NCBI GenBank assembly: GCA_947573795.1
Contig: CANPHE010000001.1
Coordinates: 40,112-104,111 of the forward strand
Direction of reading: 5' to 3'
Length of the DNA: 64,000 nucleotides
From: an uncultured Alistipes sp.
GTDB lineage: Bacteria > Bacteroidota > Bacteroidia > Bacteroidales > Rikenellaceae
A program made the position numbers and the translations under genes. Below are positions 1-8,257 of this stretch, one piece after another. The notes under the pieces are model-generated. The model had not been told where the DNA came from, searched no databases, and saw only the letters and a list, made by a program, of their open reading frames with translations. The stretch's first letter is position 1, and the number at the start of each line of letters is the position of its first letter.

Positions 1-1460
1 CCGGTCTCGGAATAGAGATACCATTTCCCGATGCGGTTACCCGCTGCATCCTCCTCTCCTTTGGCTTTCACGGACGAATTGGGGTAACGGTAGACACAGT
101 TGTACCCCTCCTTCGACCGGCAGCCGATCCACCGTTCCTGCTCGTCGTACATGACGATATAGGATCTGTCTGCCGATGCATAGGCCTTGCGGTTTCCGTT
201 GGGATATATCCAGTATTCATCTCCGTTATCCGCCCGCTCGTAGACGGATCTGCCGTTTTCGTACTTCGTTACGGTAAGTTTATTGTCATCGCTGTCCATT
301 TTCCCCTTTTCGATTATGTTTCCCTCGCGGTCATAACATTCGTAGGGATAGTGCCCTTTGTAGTCGGCGGGTTTTATCCGTTGAGAGATGATCTCCGTGC
401 CGGGGAATACGTAAACCAGCGTGCCGTCATAGTCGTACAATGATTCCAACTCTCCTTTTTCGTCATAGGTGCAGGCGCGGTATCTCTTCGATCCGTTACG
501 CGTCCATGATTTGTGAAGTGTGCCGTCGGCGCGGTATACTTTCACTTCCGTACCTTCGTCGGAATTGGAGGAGACCTCATGCCAGTTCTGTACCAGTTCC
601 GCCGTTTTCGATGCCGTGATGCTGTCGTAGCGGATGGTCAGAAATTCGTTGTTCCCCGTGCGGGTGGTCTCCGAGCGCTTGTTGCCGTTGGCAAAATAGA
701 GTACGCAGGTTGCGACCTCTCCCGGTATCTCGAACGTGTATTTTTCGGCCAGCCTGCCGTCGGGGTGATAGCCGACCATTTCGCCTGTGAGTTTTCCATC
801 TGCGAAGTGCTGTATGGTGCGGAGTTGCCCGTTTTCATAGTATTTTTCCAGCTTGCCGTCCAACTCGCCGTTTTTGTAATAGCTTATCTCCGCAATGCTC
901 CCGTCGGGGTGATACTCGACGAATTTGCCGTTAGGCAATCCCTTTACGACCTGACATTCGCGATATGGCTTGCCATTCTCGTACCACGAACGATTGACGC
1001 CGTTCATGCAACTGTACTCCTCCTTTGCGCCGGTCGATTCGTGCCAAGTCGTCTCCTCGACGATGATGCCCTTGTCGTACGTCCGCTCGATGCGAGGCTT
1101 GCGCTGGCCGTTCCGTATCATGTACTCCATATAGTGCCCGTGCAACTTGTCGTTGAGGTAGTTGGCCTCGATGCGGGGCTTGCTTTGGTCGGCGGCTGAG
1201 CCGTCGGCAAAACCGTATTGACGGTAAGGGCCGTTGAGGGCTCCGTTCGCATAGGTCATGGTAATACCCAGTGTGCCGTCCTCCATGTAGAGGTTGTAGG
1301 TGCCGTGCTTCTGCCCCGTCCGGGAGTTTACGGTGTAGACCTCGTAAGGTCTGGTGCTGAACAGGTCGTAATACGTGCGTACGGTCTTGAGCGCCTGCGC
1401 GTAGCCCTGCGACAGTCCCAGCGAAAAGAGAACTGCCAGTAGGAATAAGATTTTCTTCAT
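1..1460 (-). CDS. MORN-repeat-variant (YwqK-like) secreted/lipoprotein; C-terminus cut by the window edge
   Basis: My own minus-strand translation from the ATG at 1458-1460 gives MKKILFLLAVLFSLGLSQGYAQ (signal peptide). Repeated Y.NG...G....Y..dG units follow, e.g. YENGKPYRECQVVKGLPNGKFVEYHPDGSIAEISYYKNGELDGKLEKYYENGQL. I spot-checked the frame in several segments and it stays open to position 3. It is absent from the ORF track because there is no stop codon in the window. Confidence 0.8.
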   Translation of the reverse strand, partial: MKKILFLLAVLFSLGLSQGYAQALKTVRTYYDLFSTRPYEVYTVNSRTGQKHGTYNLYMEDGTLGITMTYANGALNGPYRQYGFADGSAADQSKPRIEANYLNDKLHGHYMEYMIRNGQRKPRIERTYDKGIIVEETTWHESTGAKEEYSCMNGVNRSWYENGKPYRECQVVKGLPNGKFVEYHPDGSIAEISYYKNGELDGKLEKYYENGQLRTIQHFADGKLTGEMVGYHPDGRLAEKYTFEIPGEVATCVLYFANGNKRSETTRTGNNEFLTIRYDSITASKTAELVQNWHEVSSNSDEGTEVKVYRADGTLHKSWTRNGSKRYRACTYDEKGELESLYDYDGTLVYVFPGTEIISQRIKPADYKGHYPYECYDREGNIIEKGKMDSDDNKLTVTKYENGRSVYERADNGDEYWIYPNGNRKAYASADRSYIVMYDEQERWIGCRSKEGYNCVYRYPNSSVKAKGEEDAAGNRIGKWYLYSET

Positions 1461-1566
1461 GATATTTGTTTTAATGTTTCTGGTTTCTGCTGTTTTATCT
1501 GGTATCGCTCGCTAATAGTGAGCGCAAAATTAAGCAAAATCGGTTCTTTTGCAAAGAATAATAGGT

Positions 1567-1815
1567 ATGAAATCGGAGCTTGACAGATATGTGATCGCCC
1601 GTGTGCGCGAAAAGCGGTTGGAGCAAGGTGTTTCCCAGCGGGCAATCGCCTTTACCATCGGTCGCTCTGCCAGTTTTGTGGGGCAGGTCGAAAGCGACCG
1701 GTTCACTACCAAGTATACCGTTCATCAACTTTATCTGATCGCTAAGGACCTCGGATGTTCTCCTGCGGAGTTTTTCCCTCCGTTGGATGATCCCCGCTTC
1801 GAAAGCGAGGAATAA
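1567..1815 (+). CDS. XRE-family helix-turn-helix transcriptional regulator
   Basis: Track ORF 1549..1815, trimmed to the first ATG (1567) because 1549 is a TTG. The sequence RVREKRLEQGVSQRAIAFTIGRSASFVGQVES is a typical HTH_3/XRE motif. Confidence 0.8.
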   Translation: MKSELDRYVIARVREKRLEQGVSQRAIAFTIGRSASFVGQVESDRFTTKYTVHQLYLIAKDLGCSPAEFFPPLDDPRFESEE

Positions 1816-1947
1816 GCAGGGGACATTTCATAATTCCGGGTTGTTCAGATTTTACTCCTTGTTATTCGTTTGGATTCCCATTAACGGGAGGAAACTCTCC
1901 GGCACGTCCGGCATTTGTGGCATCGGGGTCGTCTGTTCGTTCTGTTC

Positions 1948-2730
1948 CTATAAATTACAAAAGGTATTCGGAGCCATTCCGGAGCCTTGGTCATACTCTA
2001 CAAAGGGATAAGAGGCGTAGAATTGTTCTTCCTCGATCTGTCGGAGCACGAAATCGGCAATGGTCAGCCGGGCGGCCAATGTCATATCGGTCGTCAGTTG
2101 TTCCGCCGCATTGCTTACCGTAGTGTCGATATCCTGTTCCTGCATGCGGTGGGCAATCGGCAGACTGGCGTCATAGAGACCGGAGGCAGGATACAGCGTT
2201 ACGGATCGTCCGCGTAGTGTCTCCATGATAGCAGGGTCGGTCAGGCTGTACCCGTTCCGATTGCTGTTTCCTGTTGCCAGCCAGAGCCGTTTGTTGTCGG
2301 CAAGGGTCATAATCAGGGCATCACGCGAATCACGCAGGATTCCGACGGGATCGTCGGGATATTCCTGCAACAGGTGCATCCCGAATAATGCCGGTGCGGG
2401 TTGCAGATCGTATCCTTTCATCAGTCGTTGGCCGATCGGTTGCTCGCCGGTCTGTTTGCCGGTTGCGGGGGCGTACTGCACCGAGAGCAGTTGCCGTGTC
2501 TTGCCGTCCTGAAAGGGGAAGGCAATGCCGTATAATCCGTCCTGTTCATACTCCAAGTCTACCAGCAGGCCGTAACGGGAAAATACGCGGCAGATGGCGT
2601 CCGTTGCGAAATAGCGGGACAGATAGGTAAACAGCGTCGTTCGTTCGTAATAATGTGTGTCGCCCAGCCGGGGGTTGCGAAGCCTGTCCCGGTGGATGAA
2701 GCGGGCGATGGGTTTATGGTTGTTTTTCAT
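1948..2730 (-). CDS. Hypothetical protein of the mobile-element replication module (possibly toprim/DUF6371-like; function not securely recognised)
   Basis: Track ORF 1948..2835, trimmed to the ATG at 2728-2730 (MKNNHKPIARF...). It is co-directional with and directly downstream of the DUF3987 gene, the usual position of a primase-like partner in Bacteroidales integrative elements. Confidence 0.55.
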   Translation of the reverse strand: MKNNHKPIARFIHRDRLRNPRLGDTHYYERTTLFTYLSRYFATDAICRVFSRYGLLVDLEYEQDGLYGIAFPFQDGKTRQLLSVQYAPATGKQTGEQPIGQRLMKGYDLQPAPALFGMHLLQEYPDDPVGILRDSRDALIMTLADNKRLWLATGNSNRNGYSLTDPAIMETLRGRSVTLYPASGLYDASLPIAHRMQEQDIDTTVSNAAEQLTTDMTLAARLTIADFVLRQIEEEQFYASYPFVEYDQGSGMAPNTFCNL

Positions 2731-2839
2731 GGTGTTGTGTTTTTTTGCACCGGCGGCTCCCGGCAGGCTCTCTTTCGGAGAGATAATTGCCATGTATTCA
2801 ACGGGAATTATCCGTAAGAGCCCGCCGTGCCGCAAGTGC

Positions 2840-4198
2840 TTATTCGAATATTTCTACATAATTTTTGCGGTACTCACCTTTGACGATGCGGGTAAAGTAG
2901 CGCTGCTTGCTTAAAAATTTCTTGACCTGATCCTTCGAGAATCCTACCTTTTTCTCTAACAGTTCGTAAACTGCGGCGATTCGGAACGAGGGCGGCAGTG
3001 CATCGTAGGCTTTGCGCTGCTGCTCTGTCATCGAGATACGGATATCCTTGCCGTAGACGAGCTTGTGAATCTTGATTGCCTCCTGCCGGAAATACTCCAC
3101 CAGTCGGATCGCCCCCTCGACCGAATCCATCCCGACCGCAACTGGCTCACGCTCTTCGAGGGCGGCCCGCATTACCTCCAAGATAAGAGCGAAACGCAGC
3201 GCATAGGTATCCAACTTACAACATGCGTCGGCGTAGGTGTCGCCCATCTCCTCCTGTGTCCGGGGCCGGTATTCGTCATTGTGCCACGATAGCATACGTT
3301 GCAGGGCTTCGGGAGTGAATTCGATCTCGGTAGGTTGCGGGATTCCATCGGCATCCTTTTCCATTTCACGGTCGAGCAGTCGTAGGATCGCTTTTTCATA
3401 CTGTTCGGTCAATGCGGGGTCGATCTCCGAGGCCGACCAGTTGGGCATGGTCAGGTTCTCCGGAGCGGTGAACAGAAAGCGCGAGGAGAATCCGCTACCG
3501 GCTTTGTCGCGCGTGAAGAATTTATGCATGATCGCCGTCTGCATCGTGCCGATGATAGACACGGCGACCCGATGGATGTAACGGGAATCGACCGAAGCCC
3601 GGTTGATCGACTGCGGAAGTCCCGACCAGATCGTATTGAACGCTTCGGCGTCGGAACCGGTGTTGTAGCGGTTCATGTTTTCCAGAAAACCGTTCATCTC
3701 GTCGGCTACGATCGCCACGCCGCGCGGGTTGGCTTCCATGCTCCGGTAGAGCGCTTCCAGCGTCAGTTCATTCAGGATCGGAGTACGCAGAACCGGTTTC
3801 GGGCCGGGGTTCCCTTCGGCTTTGCGACGTCGGTATTCGGCCATCTCCTTTTTGTAGGCAGCAAAACGCCGGGCGCGAATCAATTCGAACGGTGCGAATG
3901 CCCGTTGGATGGGATGGCTCTTGCAGGTTCCGGGATTGCCGACCAGCACACAGTTGAGCGAGGCGATTGCCGTAAAGAGGTTTTTCATTTTCAGTTGAAT
4001 CGTGCTTCCTATTGCCGCAGCAAAAGCCGTCAGTATTGCCGTGGCGCTGAAATCGACCGGAAATCCCAGATCGCGGTGCAGGGCAAGAATCAGTTCGGCC
4101 AGCGGGCGGGGAAAAACGTCCTCGAACGGAAATACATTTTGTTTCGCTCCGACAGCGGTAGTCTGAACCGCCGCCGGAGATTTTACAACCTGTTCCAT
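2840..4198 (-). CDS. DUF3987/VirE-like P-loop protein (mobile-element replication/helicase-like)
   Basis: Track ORF 2840..4513, trimmed to the ATG at 4196-4198 (MEQVVKSP...) because the extension overlaps the upstream HTH gene. The N-terminal FPFEDVFPRPLAELILALHRDLGFPVDFSATAILTAFAAAIG is a DUF3987-type signature. Walker-A-like GNPGTCKS and Walker-B-like VAIVADE are present. Confidence 0.8.
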   Translation of the reverse strand: MEQVVKSPAAVQTTAVGAKQNVFPFEDVFPRPLAELILALHRDLGFPVDFSATAILTAFAAAIGSTIQLKMKNLFTAIASLNCVLVGNPGTCKSHPIQRAFAPFELIRARRFAAYKKEMAEYRRRKAEGNPGPKPVLRTPILNELTLEALYRSMEANPRGVAIVADEMNGFLENMNRYNTGSDAEAFNTIWSGLPQSINRASVDSRYIHRVAVSIIGTMQTAIMHKFFTRDKAGSGFSSRFLFTAPENLTMPNWSASEIDPALTEQYEKAILRLLDREMEKDADGIPQPTEIEFTPEALQRMLSWHNDEYRPRTQEEMGDTYADACCKLDTYALRFALILEVMRAALEEREPVAVGMDSVEGAIRLVEYFRQEAIKIHKLVYGKDIRISMTEQQRKAYDALPPSFRIAAVYELLEKKVGFSKDQVKKFLSKQRYFTRIVKGEYRKNYVEIFE

Positions 4199-4203
4199 AG
4201 GGC

Positions 4204-4476
4204 CTATGCGTTTACGGGGATCATTGCCGCTTCGACATCGGACATCAGGAACAGGGTGCGTCTCCCGTTTTTCAGGCATCGGATCTCTCCCTGCCGTGTC
4301 ATTCGATGCAAAGTCGAATAACTGATGTGGAGCAGGTCGCAGACCTCCGAGCGGGAGAGGTAGCGATGTTCGGGCGGCTCCTTCATGCGGCGCAGTTCCG
4401 TAATCTCGGAGCGAAGCTCCTTCAGACAATCGTACAAGGCCGTGAGGTCGGCCTCCTGTAAAATCAAAGTTTTCAT
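4204..4476 (-). CDS. HTH_17 / excisionase-family DNA-binding protein
   Basis: Track ORF 4204..4551, trimmed to the ATG at 4474-4476 (MKTLILQ...). YLSRSEVCDLLHISYSTLHRMTRQGEIRCLKNGRRTLF is a MerR/excisionase-type HTH. Its stop is 5 nt upstream of the DUF3987 start. Confidence 0.8.
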   Translation of the reverse strand: MKTLILQEADLTALYDCLKELRSEITELRRMKEPPEHRYLSRSEVCDLLHISYSTLHRMTRQGEIRCLKNGRRTLFLMSDVEAAMIPVNA

Positions 4477-4587
4477 AATAAAAAAAATGTGGTTTACAGG
4501 TGCAAAGGAACAACCTGCCTCCGCCTCAGACACAATTTTGTGGTAGGACAAAAAAGAAGCGGGCGACCGTATGCCCGCTTCGTCTTG

Positions 4588-5571
4588 TCAGTTATCCGGC
4601 TGTATATCTTCTCGTTTGGCAATCATCGAAAGGCCTGCAATGTCCCATGCTCCGGTAAACTCCCGGCAGAAACGTTCGATCTTTTCCCGGCTGTCGGATC
4701 GTCCGTCCACCCGTCGCAGGAGGGATGCGACCATTTCCCGCGAATCGGTATAGTTGTCTATATCCGCATAACCGCACGTCGGGCCTCCCCGATGGCATTT
4801 GTCGATCAGTTTGCGGTAAACCTCCGGTGCGCCACCCCACAGCGAGGCCATAAGCGTTGCCGTGTGGGTGGCCCGCAGGTTGTTCAGGCCGAGCCGGTGC
4901 AACAGAAACAGTGTCAGAATTACCCGTTGCGTGTCGTTGATAGCGATTGTGCCCTTCCCGTATTTTCTGTCTGTGAACCGGGACAGGTGCGAGTTGATCT
5001 CCTCGCTTACACAATCGAAAACAGCGCTCGTATAGGCGTTCTTTATCCGGAGCTCCATATTCCGAAGCCGGGTTTGCAATTTTTCGACAGCGACGTGGAA
5101 TCCCTCCGTAAACCGGTCGTGTTGCCGGATGGTCGCATAAGCCCTTTTTCTCAGGGTGGCATAGAATACCGGATCGCAGAACAGGGCCGGTAGTGCCTGA
5201 CTGCATCGGATAAACACGTGATTCCGGTAAAATGTCCGGGCCTCGCCGTCTTCCGCCGGAATCAGTTTGTGCCGCCGGATTTCCTGTCCGGCAAGCAGAC
5301 GATAGCGTTGCAAGGCCGGAACGTCGGCGAAGAGATAGCCGCCGAAGATGGGATAGAGGTTGTTTGCTTCGGTAAAGCCCTGTTGCTGCCGATAGTCTGT
5401 TTCCCAATGCAGGAAGCAGGTGCAGAACAAGTCGGCAACAGACTGGGGCGTGGCTCGCTCCTCTTTGGCGATCAGGTCGAGGCCGAAGTCGAGCGCACAC
5501 AGATATTCGGCCATTTCAACGGCGTGTTCGAATGCGACGGGCCGTCCGTCGCGGGTCTCTATGGTGGTCAT
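4588..5571 (-). CDS. Hypothetical protein (327 aa) between integrase and excisionase-like gene; no domain recognised
   Basis: Track ORF 4588..5766, trimmed to the ATG at 5569-5571 (MTTIETRDGRP...), 8 nt downstream of the integrase stop. Amino-acid composition looks protein-like, unlike the overlapping R/P-rich alternative frames. Confidence 0.65.
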   Translation of the reverse strand: MTTIETRDGRPVAFEHAVEMAEYLCALDFGLDLIAKEERATPQSVADLFCTCFLHWETDYRQQQGFTEANNLYPIFGGYLFADVPALQRYRLLAGQEIRRHKLIPAEDGEARTFYRNHVFIRCSQALPALFCDPVFYATLRKRAYATIRQHDRFTEGFHVAVEKLQTRLRNMELRIKNAYTSAVFDCVSEEINSHLSRFTDRKYGKGTIAINDTQRVILTLFLLHRLGLNNLRATHTATLMASLWGGAPEVYRKLIDKCHRGGPTCGYADIDNYTDSREMVASLLRRVDGRSDSREKIERFCREFTGAWDIAGLSMIAKREDIQPDN

Positions 5572-5579
5572 GGGTTGTC

Positions 5580-7094
5580 TCAGTTGAAAAATTTGTATTG
5601 TTTGAGTGCGACCGCCTTTTCCTCGGCGGTGCAACGGATATAGCGTCGGAAATTGGCCTCGGTCGTGTTGCCGGTTGCCGACATGATAAGTGCTGCGGGA
5701 ATATCGTTCTTGAAAGCATTTGTGGCAAATGAACGGCGTGCCGTGTGGGTCGTTACGAGGTCGCATTTCTCGTAACAGCGTATCTGCCGTTCTCCGCCCA
5801 ATACCTCTGTCAGATAGACCTTGGAGGTAATGCCCGCCTTACGGCATAGCTGTTTAAGCATCCGGTTCGTTGCCTGATTGCTTTGTGTCGGCGGCGGACA
5901 GTTGTTGTAACGGGCGAAGATGCTGCGCAGTTTCGGGCAGATCGGCACAGCGATCGTCCGGTTCGTTTTCTGGGTCGTGATGACGATGATTCCTTCGTCG
6001 AAACGGATGTGGTGCGGTTGCAGCCGTCCGATGTCGCTGAACCGCAGTCCGGTGTAACAGCCGACCAGAAATGCGTCGCGCACCTCGGCCTGCGAGGGCG
6101 GCAATTCCAGATCATAAAGCAGTTGCAGTTCATCTTCATTCAGGTAGATGGTTTCGACCGTTTCCTGAAAAACCTTGAATTCGCGGCGCTTGAAATCGGA
6201 GTTGAGCGTATAGTTGTTGTCGAACGCGTAACGCAGGAACGTGCGGATATTCTTCACGAATTTGCCGATTACATTCGGACGGTAGCGGCCCCGGCTGTGG
6301 GTCGTCTCGTTCAGATATTTGACGAAGTCGTTGTAGAAATCCAACGTCAGCGATTCCAGCGTCAGCCGGATGTGCCGCGCTTCGGCATAACGGCGCAGGG
6401 CACTTTTGGTCGATAGGTAGCTGCGGATCGTGCCGGGCGTCAGGCGTGTGCCCGCGCCGTTGAGGATGGTCCCCTCCCGGCAGGCGTTGATGTAAAAGTC
6501 GATGTATTCGAATACGTCGCGGAATGTCCGGGCCTTGCTTGCCTCTTGTCCGAGCTCGCATTGCAGTTCGTTGCGTACCTGATCCGCCGAGGCACGGATG
6601 CCCTGTTGCTGGAAGCGGGCGAGAACAGCCAGTACGGCGTTGGTGATCTTGTCGATCTCGGTGTTGATGTTGTCGAGCCGGACACGCAGACGGGGATTGC
6701 CTTTCAGATCGGCATTCCGTTTCGAATCGACGATCGCACGGCCCTCCGTGCTATCCCAATGTTTCGGCTCAATTTTGAACGTCGGAGCAAGGGCATAGGA
6801 GATGCGGACGTGGTTGATGGTCATACGCATCCGGACCGAGGTAAGCGGCTGTGCCGGATTTTTCAGAGAGAAGCGGATCATCCGGCGGGTATAGAGGTCT
6901 TGTTTCTGACGCATGGTCATTCGATTGAATGGTTTCTGCGTACTTTTTTCAAGGGTCGTTCCTTGCAGTTGCCACGTCTTGTCGCAGTCCGGGTGATTTG
7001 TCCGCAGTAGCTCCTGCGGTATGACGTCGGCGTCAGATGCTGACGTCAGGCATGTCAGGTCGTTGATGTTGTAAATGATTTCCGGTTTCTTCAT
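5580..7094 (-). CDS. Tyrosine site-specific integrase (Bacteroidales integrative-element type)
   Basis: 504-aa ORF. It has an Arm-type N-terminal region (VRMRMTINHVRISYALAPTFKIEPKHWDSTEGRA), a SAM-like core-binding region and a catalytic domain with TGLRFSDI and the HTARRSFATN (H-x-x-R) motif. The true start may be an internal Met (MTMRQKQ or MIRFS). Confidence 0.9.
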   Translation of the reverse strand: MKKPEIIYNINDLTCLTSASDADVIPQELLRTNHPDCDKTWQLQGTTLEKSTQKPFNRMTMRQKQDLYTRRMIRFSLKNPAQPLTSVRMRMTINHVRISYALAPTFKIEPKHWDSTEGRAIVDSKRNADLKGNPRLRVRLDNINTEIDKITNAVLAVLARFQQQGIRASADQVRNELQCELGQEASKARTFRDVFEYIDFYINACREGTILNGAGTRLTPGTIRSYLSTKSALRRYAEARHIRLTLESLTLDFYNDFVKYLNETTHSRGRYRPNVIGKFVKNIRTFLRYAFDNNYTLNSDFKRREFKVFQETVETIYLNEDELQLLYDLELPPSQAEVRDAFLVGCYTGLRFSDIGRLQPHHIRFDEGIIVITTQKTNRTIAVPICPKLRSIFARYNNCPPPTQSNQATNRMLKQLCRKAGITSKVYLTEVLGGERQIRCYEKCDLVTTHTARRSFATNAFKNDIPAALIMSATGNTTEANFRRYIRCTAEEKAVALKQYKFFN

Positions 7095-7146
7095 AATGGC
7101 TTTCGTTTGGCACGCTGCTCCACAAAAGCCGCACCTTTGCGTCTGC

Positions 7147-7314
7147 CATTTGACATTTGTCAGTCATCGAATATCCCTGAAAAAGTTCTCCAGCCCCGGA
7201 CTGTCCGAAGCTGGAGAATCGTAAAATTTTTTCTGAAAAATTCCATGATATTTGACAAAACAAAATTTGTCAGGCATTTTGTCAGAAACCGGGTGCCGGA
7301 GTTTGACACAAAGA
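7147..7314. promoter_or_regulatory. Cluster of TTTGACA / TTTGTCAG motifs (three each) just upstream of the integrase 5' end; candidate recombinase/regulator binding sites
   Basis: The region reads catTTGACAtTTGTCAGtc (7147-7168), atatTTGACAaaacaaaatTTGTCAGgcatTTTGTCAGaaac (about 7249-7292) and gagTTTGACAcaaag (about 7300-7314). Two of these form TGACA-N-TGTCA inverted pairs. Confidence 0.4.
7186..7232. terminator. Hairpin (9-bp stem) flanked by A/T runs; candidate bidirectional terminator between the phosphoesterase gene and the integrase
   Basis: The arms are ttctccagc (7186-7194) and gctggagaa (7210-7218), with a 15-nt loop. The hairpin is preceded by gaaaaag and followed by aaaatttttt. 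Confidence 0.4.
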
Positions 7315-7334
7315 CGGTTTCTTCGGAGGTTTTA

Positions 7335-7937
7335 TTATATCGTAATAACGACAGGATGATTGACCAGTTCGTAATTCTCATTCACAACAGCACCGTTCAC
7401 AAAGGTTGTCCGGGATGTTTTATATACGCCGTATGCCTCGTGTGTATGGCCGAACAAATGGTAGCGAGGGTTGATAATTTCTACTTGCTTCCGTAAATCT
7501 TCATTCCCCATATTTGCGCCGAATGCTGATTTATCAAGAATTCCGAACGGCGGACAATGCGAAACCAGTATGTCGGTCTGTTGAGGAATCCGGACGATCT
7601 TTTCCGGATAGAGGTCTGCCCAGTGGATTTCGTCGGATAGAAAGAACGGGATTCCCCATATTTTCACACCTTCGATTTCTATACCGCTGTTGCATAGATA
7701 GTAGCAGTTATGCGGCATCCCTTCGATACCGGCTCCATCCAAACAATCGTCATGATTGCCTGCGATAAAGATTTTGTACCGGTAATTCAATTTCCCGAAC
7801 CATTCAATAAAATCGGTAATCTCCTCCTCCGTCCCGTTCCACGACAAGTCCCCTGCATGGATCAACATATCGGCCTGCGGCAGATTCTTCAACTCACAGT
7901 GTTTTCCATGCGTGTCGGATAGAAAGGCGATTGTCAT
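7335..7937 (-). CDS. Small calcineurin-like metallophosphoesterase (YfcE/MJ0936-like)
   Basis: 200-aa ORF with the full MPP motif set: LSDTHGKH, HAGDLS, AGNHDD, VSHCPP, GHTHE. Confidence 0.85.
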   Translation of the reverse strand: MTIAFLSDTHGKHCELKNLPQADMLIHAGDLSWNGTEEEITDFIEWFGKLNYRYKIFIAGNHDDCLDGAGIEGMPHNCYYLCNSGIEIEGVKIWGIPFFLSDEIHWADLYPEKIVRIPQQTDILVSHCPPFGILDKSAFGANMGNEDLRKQVEIINPRYHLFGHTHEAYGVYKTSRTTFVNGAVVNENYELVNHPVVITI

Positions 7938-8140
7938 TCTTGATAAGTGATTCGTTTTAGAGAATCGGTTTATAATGCGAACGATAATTTTGATGATTCG
8001 TTGCGAAAATCGGAACGGGTGTATTTTCTTATATCTTCATCTTACAGAGGGGTAATCATCGAAAGATGTAATCTTCTTTAATATTTTGAAAATTCATATT
8101 CTTTTCAAGGCTCATTTCTTCTTGACCTAACTTATTTTAG

Positions 8141-8181
8141 GATAAAAATAGGGTATGAAAATTTTTCAAAATTTCATACCC
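8141..8181 (-). terminator. Rho-independent terminator of the three-gene AT-rich operon
   Basis: The stem pairs gggtatgaaat (8151-8161) with atttcataccc (8171-8181). On the minus strand it is followed by tatttttatc. It lies about 75 nt downstream of the RES gene stop. Confidence 0.55.
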
Positions 8182-8257
8182 TAAGATTGGGCAAGAACGA
8201 CTATCAAAATGACATAATCCCTTTACGATCTGATATTTTAATTTATGGGCATTGTTA

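Larger units (their letters stand above)
1549..7094. mobile_element. Integration/replication module of an integrative (possibly mobilizable) element; ends not defined
   Basis: A co-directional, tightly spaced run of int, orphan, HTH_17, DUF3987 and a partner gene, plus a divergent XRE regulator. I could not find flanking direct repeats or a tRNA target by eye. Confidence 0.65.

Noticed and set aside
513-1199. 228-aa plus-strand ORF at the left end
   Set aside because: It is antisense to the MORN-repeat lipoprotein gene, whose repeats and signal peptide are clear. Its own translation is low-complexity and V/A/L/G/R-rich.
2840-4513. N-terminal extensions of track ORFs: 2840..4513, 4588..5766, 1948..2835, 17848..20334, 26961..28493, 42418..45093, 47102..47890, 50203..51060, 55728..57014, 57153..58445, 58297..59421, 59229..60191 and 61921..63777
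   Set aside because: The extensions start at TTG/GTG or distant ATG codons. They overlap the preceding gene or intergenic repeats and have non-protein-like composition. Internal ATGs give signal peptides, conserved N-termini or ATGA coupling, so I trimmed the calls.
7938-8257. Possible additional small gene or antitoxin between the phosphoesterase and the RES gene
   Set aside because: There is no ORF of convincing length or composition on either strand. The segment contains the operon terminator hairpin and AT-rich promoter-like DNA for the phosphoesterase.
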